The translations under genes and the position numbers were made by a program. DNA of 64,000 nt from Trichoplax adhaerens (taxonomy: Eukaryota; Animalia; Placozoa): assembly GCF_000150275.1 (NCBI RefSeq), contig NW_002060946.1:6238597-6302596 (forward strand), in the 5' to 3' direction. The notes under the pieces are model-generated. The model made no database searches. It worked only from the letters and a program-made list of their open reading frames with translations, and was not told the DNA's origin. Shown piece by piece: positions 54,596 to 64,000 of this stretch. Numbering within the stretch: position 1 is the first letter of the stretch; each line of letters opens with the position of its first letter.

Positions 54596-57500
54596 TCAAG
54601 CTCTGAATAATTGAATTGGAAAATTTTCTGTAATTTGATGGTCGTTGTTGAATGTCATGACGATATTGACTTCAAATTCTAAAACATTAGTATTTTATAT
54701 ATCAGTACAGATTATACATCACAGTTCGCTTAATATGACAGTTTTATTGAGTACTTTTGAGCATGCAGAACGTACCAACTTTAAAGTTGTTAGTAATCAG
54801 TGTTGGACAAGTGAACAATCTTGGGAAGATCATGTAAATGGGAATGGGCACATTATGGCATACATTCCCTTCTCCTATCTAAAAAACGAATAAACGATCA
54901 TTTAAGAGCATTTCATACGTTAAAAGTATCTAGTCAAATAAAAAAAAGCGATCACTCTCCGAAGTTGTACTTGCCTGTATATTTTGTATCTCGGTTGCTG
55001 CAGTTTTATTTACGTTAAATGTCAGTAAATATAAATGATATGTTAAGATAATTATAATACTCATCAATCATTAATTATATCGATAGGTATAAAACAGGCG
55101 CGTGGTAACACTTGGTGAGAAGCGACCAAATCCAGGATTGTATGTAATTTACATTTAATTTTTACTTTTATGCTGTTAGGATGACTTACCGTCTCTTGCG
55201 TAACCTTCAGCACAACCTGTATAAGTGTGATCATAGTAGAGAATAGTAACAATTACTTCATTACGATTGCTTTGGTTTTAGTATGTTACAAGGCCAATTA
55301 CTATGTTTCCGTAACCTATTATCCATTAAGATTAAGCTAACAAATCGGAGCTAAAATTTAGCGTAGCTATTGATTATGCAATAGTATTTTAAAGTCGTAA
55401 TTAGATTCTACTTATGTCGATATAATTTACATACCACATGTTTCAACCCTGACAAGTTGTAGTTCGATCGATTTGATAAGACTTGCAGAATTTTCGACTA
55501 TCAGCTGAAATTGAATTAGATTTAATTTAATAAGATATCAATTGTTTGCGTTGTACCCATCTGTTGGGTAACAATGTTTGTATTTTTACCTCTCCGGTGA
55601 AAGGTTCGGTTATATTGCAACAAATAGTATCAAGCCTTCCTGTTAATTTGAAATTAGGCAATACTTTCTGTACACAAAATAATGTCGAAAATTTCAATTA
55701 TTGAGTAAAGATTTTATGCTTGATGTTGGTGTCAATTTTTGCTTATTTTGCTTGCGTCAGGTTATTGTTCCTTAATTTACTTGATATACCTACCTCCTTT
55801 ACATTTTCCAATGTATTTGGTGTAACTTCGAAATTGACTACTGTCTGTTTACGATCAGTGGTGTCGTGACTCTGATAGCAATTAATAAGTAAGGAAGTTA
55901 GCATTTTATTAGCGAATGATGCTCGCTAGCTGATAGTAATTACCTGCTCAACAACAAATTCTAGTTGTTTAACCATGTCTTTAGTCAACATGGAGCGTTT
56001 AATTTCACACCTGATTGAATACTGCAACGATTTAAAATGGTAAAAAAAATATGATCAGTAATTCTGTCCTGTGCACGTTTGTACGTAAGACATGTTGGAT
56101 GATGTCCATCGATTTTAGTAAGTTTAATGATCATTAATTTCATATTAGCCCATTAGCCCAAAACTGGTTAGAGTATTAATTTCACTGACAACCAACGATG
56201 AATACTAGTACAAATTAATAATAGCACAGGAACCACCGGTTAGTCACATGCTTGTAATGGAATTCAGTCTCAGCGATTGTAGTAATTGGGATGGGAAACA
56301 ACAAGTACATAGCGAATCACTATAATTGATTTTGTACAGTATGTTGCTTAAAAGCTGGTATGAAATGATATAGCGGTAAATCGCTACAGAAATAATGGTA
56401 CACAAACCACCACGATAGAAGAGTATCTTGATGTGGAGAATGTCTCATAACAAGGAGATGACTATTCGTCTAATAAGATTTATTACCACCTCTGAGATAC
56501 TGTATCCACCTTGTTAGCTAAGCATGAACCGTATTATATGATATGGTACGAATGCTTGATGCTATTATTGGCGGCGGCAATTTTTAATACGATGCTCTCA
56601 ATATCTTGAAGTACTAGATATACTCGTACAGTGGGTTGTAAAAATTTACTTAATCATATCTACGCGCATAATTCTCGCTTGCTGTCAAATTTTTAAGTAT
56701 ACGCTCATTACCTGTATATTAACAAACACTCCGTGGTACGTATCGAACAGCTTCTTATTGCCTTTGGGCTCTAGAGGAACCTCAAATGGGAATTCAAGCT
56801 TTCCAGATGGCGTAGATAATAAAAAGGAAAGAATGGAACATCTGCATAGTCATTTAAATCTTGTTCATAAGAGCTCATTGGAAATGAAAAATTTGATATT
56901 TTTTACAAGTAGAAATTTAGTAATTATATTCAAAAAACGTTTGTAATGATTACAATAACTGCCTAGAAGATATCCGAAATCATAGCAATTCTTATCAGGT
57001 AAGTAGTATACTGATTATCTCACTATATGAGCCAACTCAACGTCGATATTAAATAGTACATAGAGACTACATTTTCACACAGCTGAATGATCAAGCTTGA
57101 ATAATTTGCTTTATAAAATGCTGGTATTGACGATTCCTACATTACGATTTTGTCTTAAAGCAAGCTTCATGTTCAGCGTCTAAAAGCCCTATATGTATAT
57201 TTGTATTAGGCAATGTTTGAATGCTATATCTGTACTTCATAGAAAGTTCCAGAATCACGTAATGTGACCACTTTGACTTTTTCTACTGCCTATTGCATTT
57301 AAGGAAATTGACTACTTTGTAACTGCCTGTTTATTGTATGATTGACTTCTATAGTATGTATCTATATAATGATAAAAAAAGTTGAATAGGCAATTAAAAT
57401 GATCACTGATTGCCAATACTATAAAGATTTTGTAAATGCATGAAACGTTTTGGTATAATTTGCCAGGACCAGCCAGTTCCACCGAATAGTTGATTAATTG

Positions 57501-58857
57501 TATGGGCTTGACGGAATTGTAGAAAGCTTCAAACATACCAACACTCTTTGCACTCAAGTGTAAATTTACATTGCCTTCTACAAATAACGTGATGCCATTA
57601 TGCGATAGATCACCCTTACTGGAGATAGCGATGTTGCCTTTGATGTTTTCCTAGATGAAGTAAAATGGTAGAATTGGAAATCAATGTTGTCAATCATTAT
57701 GTAATAACATTGTCGTTAGTTATATGGTGATAATCATTGATGGGCATCGTATCCGGCGAATAGGATAGAAGCTAATGTCATGATTTATTTGCAGAGAATG
57801 TATCATTCATTGTATACAGCCAACGCTATGGAAAACTTTCAAAAGTGTCTACACTCTACAGTACAGCAGGGATATCGACCCATTGCGGTACATCCAGTTC
57901 AACATGACGAAAGCATAGTATGTCTAATTATAACTATATACGTAGCATATACAGTACATGTATATAAGGGAGGCTATTTCAGCCAAGTAATTCGTTTTTC
58001 AAAGCAGCTATAGTTATTCGTGATTATTTGTAGTGATATCGAATGCCTTCATGATATTCGTATGTCTCATTGCAAATATATGCTGTACAATGTAGATATA
58101 ATGCATGGGAGGCTATTTAAGCCAGGTAACTTGCTTTTCAAAACAGCTTTTGTCGTACGCCATTATTTGTTGTGATATGGAATGGCTTCACGTTGAGGTT
58201 AGTTTGAATGGGTTACAAATGCATCATGACTCGTTTAACTGTAAGCATGCCAACGATGAAATTGGTTTATCACTAGGAAGTATAAAATAGGGCAAATTGT
58301 TGCAAAGGGGGATATTGTGTTAAACCAACATCAATGGCAGAAGCGATCGGCAATGCATTGATCGGATAGTATATCATCGAACAGTGCCATGTTGAGTAGA
58401 CAGTAATAACAGAAATTGTCTATTATAATAAGATGTGCATCTTTCAGAGTATATACTGGTACAATGTATTTCTTGATGCTACAAGTTCTACTTTACTACC
58501 GTGGTATCTGAGATAGAGTAAAATCGATGGATCAAGGTGAGTTGTATCCTATTTGCTATCGGATGTCTTTGGAGCAGTTCAGATTGCTATGATTCATATT
58601 ATGATTGGATTTTATCCTAGATATACTGTACACCTTTGGCTTAAGCGATAGAAAGTACTGATGAGTGAATGATTGAATATTACACATAAGCGTGAATCAA
58701 CAACATTGGATTGCCTGCAACAAGATTGTAGACGGTGTGTACAATTACTGCTTGCAACTGGAAACAGTTGATTGATTTCAGACCGTATGGAAAAATCACT
58801 TACACCAGGCTGATAGGTTTTATTGGGTCTCTTCAGCTTGATATCTAAGCTCGCCAT
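54596..58857 (-). CDS. VPS26C: VPS26C (DSCR3), retriever complex subunit, ~295 aa
   Basis: Exons 58857-58804, 57650-57457, 56811-56712, 56021-55944, 55871-55794, 55667-55590, 55504-55435, 55216-55190, 54997-54975, 54878-54776, 54678-54596 (888 nt). LSAKSVGMFEAFYNSVKPIQ, TYHGVFVNIQY, LQLVRVETCGCAEGYARDATEIQNIQI, PIYMIFPRLFTCPTL, ITENFP. Confidence 0.94.
54879..54974 (-). other. GC-AG intron in VPS26C
   Basis: CAG|GCAAGT donor after the 23-nt exon ATEIQNIQ; joins to IGEGNVC in frame. Confidence 0.8.
56812..57456 (-). other. AT-AC intron in VPS26C
   Basis: AAA TT|ATACCAAAAC ... TTTCCTTTTTATTATCTAC|G CCA TCT GGA AAG restores the conserved PGK-L-PSGK. Confidence 0.7.
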
Positions 58858-59132
58858 TTGCGACAATAGTTGACTTCAAGTTGTAAGGCGGACACGGTGA
58901 CGAAGTAATCAACCACAGTAAAGCAAACGAATAGCAACAGCTTAGCGAAAGGAGGAGGCGAACTAATTCTCTGATCAAAACTATCCTATCTCGTGCTATC
59001 CAACATGAGTTGACTGCTCCGTACACCCCATCCAACTTGTACGTCCAGTATCCATTAGTTCGCTGTCAGACATTTGGCTTAAAATTCCTTCTTTTCCTTA
59101 CTCGCTCAAGCCGCAAAGGCAGAGTCGAATCA

Positions 59133-59850
59133 TGTGACCAAGTCCTGGCCCAACGGCTTGTACAATGTACAGTACTGTATAGTACAGTACATGCAGGACA
59201 GTACTGTACACTGTACACTGTATAGGCTGTAGTCACAGTGTGAAGTTTCCATAGTACGATCCAGTCCGGTACTACTGTACTGTACCAACTGTGACCAAGA
59301 CCTGGCCCAACGGCTTGTACAATGTACAGTACATACAGGACAGTACTGTACACTGTACACTGTATAGGCTGTAGTCACACTGTCACAGTGTGAAGTTTCC
59401 ATAGTCCGATCCAGTCCAGTACTGTACTGTACCAACTGTAACCAAGTCCTGTCCTAACGGCTTGTACAATGTACTGTACAGTACAGTACACTGTAGTCAC
59501 AGTGTGAAGTTTCAATAGTCCGATCCAGTCCAGTACTGTACTGTACTGTACTGTACCAACTGTGACCAAGTCCTGGCCCAACGGCTTGTAGAGTATGTAC
59601 AGTACAATGTACAGTACAGTACATACAGAATAGTACTGTACACTGTACACTGTATAGGCTGTAGTCACAGTGTGAAGTTTCGATAGTCGGATCTAGTCTA
59701 GTACTGTACTGTACTGTACCAACTGTGACCAAGTCCTGGCCCAACGGCTTGTACTGTACAGTATAGTACTGTGCACTGTACACTGTACAGTACAGTATAG
59801 GCTATAGTCATATTAGTCACAGTGTGAAGTTTCAAGAGTCTAGTCCGATC
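59133..59850. repeat. Five-unit composite tandem array between divergent VPS26C and NAA50
   Basis: Units start at 59133, 59290, 59437, 59561 and 59724. Conserved blocks TGTGACCAAGTCCTGGCCCAACGGCTTGTA and TAGTCACAGTGTGAAGTTTC..ATAGT.CGATC are separated by variable TACAG/CTGTA tracts. Confidence 0.92.
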
Positions 59851-60443
59851 CTGTACGGTGTACCATACAATGTACAGTACAGTACTGTACACTACTGCAA
59901 CTGTACGGTACCCTACGATGCAAAGTACCGTGACAAAGAAAGCACCGATGCTGCGCACGAGGGGTCAGTCGTCGTGTTTTGGGTGGTTGGAGGCATTTGG
60001 AGACAAACACCTTACTTGCCTTGACAATACTATACTGTGTCGTATGTTGAAAGCAGTCAATGGCGACACTACCCTTGCAGTGGAAAGGTCCTACACTCAA
60101 TATCATGATACCGATAGTATTGGCAGCGTTCACCTTGTCTCTTGGCCATGGTGTACTACTGAAAACACCCCTTAGCAAGAGTCCATTTGACTTGAAAAAT
60201 GACCCACTGATGGCGATGGTGGTAGAGGATAAAGGGGAAAAGTCCCGCCAGCTCGACACCAGTTGAAATTGGTGCGTTCTGGGCTTGCATCTAATCGTTC
60301 TGCAGATTGCCTTTGCTTTCCTTAGCAATTCCATTCCATTTAGTTGATTGCCTGCTGCTTGGAATCGTTGGATACTGCCGTGAAAGCTTGCCTAAACCAT
60401 TGCAAAGCTTATGATGACAGCGGATACCGAAAATCAGGATAGC

Positions 60444-62363
60444 ATGTCTGGGTAAGGGCTCGCCATTGGATTGTTGATGGAGGCTAATATTACAATTAGA
60501 TAGAACGATACAGGTTGATCGATTCGTCTATGTTGGATGGAAAGATCCAACTAGAGGGTTCATGCAGTAGCGAAATGGCTTGATGATCAAATGGAGATAC
60601 TGTATTCGGATAGTTGTTAACTTGAAGTAGTTGACGAACAAGAGTTGATGAAAGGATGTTCATTAAAGAGCATAAAATAGTTAGACTGATTCATCAATTA
60701 CGATAGGATACTCGACCCAGTCGGTGGAGGATTAGGGATAGAGCGATGTTAAAGTATATCCTAGTACTTAAGCCACAAGATCACGCTCATTTGCTAGCGC
60801 TACTTTGTGGCACTCCTTCATCAAGACTAATGTCTTTTGCTAACTTGTCATCAATCTATTTTTCATCTTGACTATGATACAGGGGCATGATCGAATTAGG
60901 TGATATCACTCCACATAATGTCAAGCAATTAAAAAAGCTAAACTCTGTCATCTTTCCAGTATCTTACAACGAGAAGGTAAGTCTCACTAGATGCAAAGCT
61001 TACTTGATCCAACTGAATCATTCGCATCGATACCTGCATAAGCTTGGAGTATCCAAGTGGACTTGTAGAGAATGCGATGCTTGAAACTTATTTTCATATC
61101 AAATTGTAATCTACTGTTCGCGTTCATTTGTTGCAAGCTAGCTATGATCATACTGAAGAGTTTACTTACCCATGACTAACTTGTGCTATCATCATCTTCT
61201 GAAATGTATTTGCAAACTAGTTTTACAAGGATGTCTTAACTTCTGGAGATTATGCCAAATTCGGTATGTAGGCATCGCTATCATGACAAGTTTTGTATAG
61301 AGTTAGTCGTTATTATACTTCAATTTTATTATGCACCATTATTAGCAAAGTACGAGTACAGTGTCATCATGCAATTCGTTTCGGCGGAGGTGTTAATCTT
61401 CCTATGGCTTACCTTCATTAATAACAGTGATGTACTCTCTCATACAATTCGTCGCTTACAGTGTCCATATAACATAACTCGCATTCTATAGCTAGTGGTG
61501 AATACATAATTATATAAGGACTATGTGTGTACTTGCAAGGTTATCACTGTATGAAAGATTGATGACATCACTACCTGCAAAGCCTGTTTAATATCCAATA
61601 TTTTACATTGAAGGATGCTGACAGAATTATCTTTATTTATTCTTCTAGCATTTTATAATGATATTATTGTTGGAGGAGTCTGCTGCCGTGTAGACTCGTC
61701 AGATAATCGTCGCAGACTTTATATAATGACACTGGGATGCTTAGCTGCATATCGTTGCCTTGGAATTGGTATGTCTTGTATGAAATATTCTAGAATAATA
61801 GGTGTCCAATAAAATGTTCAGTTCTACGTGGACAAAAATAAAATGGACATTAGTGTAATAATGACTACAATTTTAATCTTTATCAAATCGATACCAACGT
61901 CTACCAAATTACATTCAGCCAGTAGCTATAAAAATTCAACGGACTAATTATTGTTCATGTTCCTTCACAGGTACTGTAATGTTGAAACATGTGTTAAAGT
62001 TAGCGGAAACCGACGGCCACATTGATAGTGTCTATCTGTAAGTATAAAATTACTGGCAATGTTAATGAATGATTATGTAGACGGAGGCCAATTTTAATAC
62101 ATAGCATCTATAAATTTGATGATGATCGAGATAGCTTTACTTACTGTTTGTGTGCGAGTAATTGGCTTTCCTAGCGCTTGCTAGGATTGTCTAATTGAGA
62201 ATTATTCTTACTTTTATTTCACTACAGACACGTTCAAATCAATAATGATACTGCCATGGCTTTTTATAAAAATTTTGGATTTGAAGTGATTGAAACAAAG
62301 TCAAGTTACTATAAACGTATCGAGCCATCGGACGCTTACGTTTTGGAAAAAAAGTTAAAGTAA
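60444..62363 (+). CDS. NAA50: N-alpha-acetyltransferase 50 (NatE catalytic subunit), ~155 aa
   Basis: Exons 60444-60451 (in-frame upstream ATG at 60411 possible), 60883-60976, 61221-61263, 61649-61768, 61971-62037, 62228-62363. IELGDITPHNVKQLKKLNSVIFPVSYNEKFYKDV, LYIMTLGCLAAYRCLGIG, YLHVQINN, YYKRIEPSDAYVL. Confidence 0.95.
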
Positions 62364-63129
62364 AGGCATTTTAGGTCTGTACAATAATAGCAAAATCTCA
62401 GTAGATTATCTCGTGGAATGATCGATACTGTATGGTTATACCGACTTATTTTAAAATGTTGAGAAAGATTTGCTTGTGTTATTGGGTGATAGTCATCGAC
62501 ATTTAAGCTGCAATCCATTTTACTGTAATAATAGCAGCATTCAATATTGTCTACTCGTTCGTTGAACGAGTTGACCCAATTTAATTATTCAGTCAAGCTT
62601 GAAATGTAATTTATAGTTTTGCTTGTCAATTAAATTAAATTACTTTTGGTTACACTATAATTTATTACTTGTTGCTGATGGACAGTTTTTGTTCCATAGG
62701 TGTCAATGAAATTTTTCAAGATAGTCTTCGTCTGCGCAACATTCGTAATAAACCAGAGGTTATGCGATCGAAATTTTAACTTTTCACTCTTCTATTCTAT
62801 ATTCTATTACTGTTTCTGGCACTGTAAGAAATAAACCGTTTTTGTACAGTTATTATTGAGATTGATCTGCTTGCAGCAAAGAGTTTTGGCAGGGTCTTCC
62901 ATGTAGAATACTTATTTTCCACCCTCGCCTAGCAACTAAGCTAAGAATGCCCTTGAAAAGTAGATTAATGTAGATTAGAGATCGCATAAAACGTTAGGGG
63001 CAATACTAGCCTTAAAACTGTACTTGACTGATACAAACTAGGTGAGCCATACAAGCACAAGGTATAAATAGACATGGCACATTAAATATCGCAATGTCAT
63101 TCAGCTGTATGTAAAAGTTAGCATCACGC

Positions 63130-63945
63130 ATCCGTTGCGATATTAAATTACAGAAAATATGCGTGTATGTTGCTATAAGGAGGGAGAGAAAATAAGGTAG
63201 TAAACGAGCTTAAATTGGTACATAGCTAATGGAATAATTGACGTGATTAGTTTTATCACCATTTCGATTTTTGTAAATTTTATTATACAGTAATCTGAAA
63301 ATTGATTGTTTATCTGGATATCGCAACTTGCACAGTAGGTCCATAACGATCTATTTTGAGTAGAATCTAGCAAAGGGATGACCAGCGGCAGCGAATTCTG
63401 TTTTTTATGACCTTTTCAATTTTTTTAAATATCGAAGTTGTACAGTATCGTAGATTCTAGTTCACGGCCAAGAACCAAAGATAAAATGCCTTGCATTATA
63501 ATCACTGAAATGTTACCGTCGGTAGTGATTGAGAGAAGACGTAAAATACTCTCTATGGTGCTTTTAACTGTAAACATATCCGTTGCAATATTAAATTATA
63601 GAATATGGGTATATGTAGTTAGATGAAGGAGGAAAACAAGGTTGTTAACGAGTTTAAGATGTTATTGGTACAGAGCTAATGTAATAACCTGCATGGATCA
63701 TTTCATCACCGTTTCCATTTTGTAAGCTTTATCATATTGCGAAATATTCAGTCTTTACCTGGACTACAAATCTACAATGCAGTGTACCGACCTATATTTG
63801 AGCGATTATTCTAAACAGAATTTAGTAAATGGATGACCAACGGCAACGAGACTCTTTTTTTATGACCTTTTCCATTTTTGCCAAATATCGAATTGTACAG
63901 TATAATAGTTTCTAGTTCACGGCCAAGAACCAAAGACTAAATGCA
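63130..63945. repeat. Diverged ~450 bp tandem duplication
   Basis: TTCACGGCCAAGAACCAAAGA at 63461 and 63916; GGATGACCA at ~63376 and ~63831; GC.ATATTAAATTA at ~63137 and ~63585. Confidence 0.8.
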
Positions 63946-64000
63946 TCGTTCTTATTTAGACTGTAAGAACTATTGTCTCACTGGCTTTAACTGCAATAGC

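Noticed and set aside
57968-58190. ~139 bp two-copy duplication in VPS26C intron 1 (similar small one at ~31130-31290)
   Set aside because: Ordinary diverged local duplications with no coding or structural signal seen.
59133-59850. CRISPR-like appearance (constant blocks with variable spacers)
   Set aside because: The spacers are low-complexity variants of one microsatellite rather than unique sequences; there are no cas genes and the context is eukaryotic.
59010-60334. Many overlapping ORFs rich in YSTV/VQY/CTV
   Set aside because: Translations of the stop-poor CTGTA/TACAG repeat and the adjoining NAA50 upstream region; no domain features.

Overview
AT-rich, intron-dense animal genomic DNA. 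The short introns, gene content and pervasive TACAG/CTGTA repeats suggest a placozoan such as Trichoplax (inference, not verified). Spliced gene models were rebuilt by hand from splice sites and reading frames. In order: an orphan pseudo-exon and three tandem sigma-class glutathione S-transferases (+); V-ATPase subunit A (+, 17 exons); TM2D3/almondex (-); a ~10 kb gene-poor stretch; an atypical rhodopsin-family GPCR (+); a SAXO/FAM154-like ciliary protein (-); the PP2A scaffold A subunit (+) tail-to-tail with VPS26C/DSCR3 (-); and NAA50 (+), divergent from VPS26C across a composite tandem array. Highlights: (1) a candidate type III hammerhead ribozyme on the minus strand at 32257-32353; (2) an AT-AC intron with a non-consensus 5' site in VPS26C, a U12-type GT-AG intron in ATP6V1A and two GC-AG introns; (3) (CTGTA/TACAG)n clusters and composite arrays upstream of each broadly expressed gene but not the GPCR or ciliary gene; (4) a GPCR lacking the whole Na+ pocket, with DKY in place of DRY.
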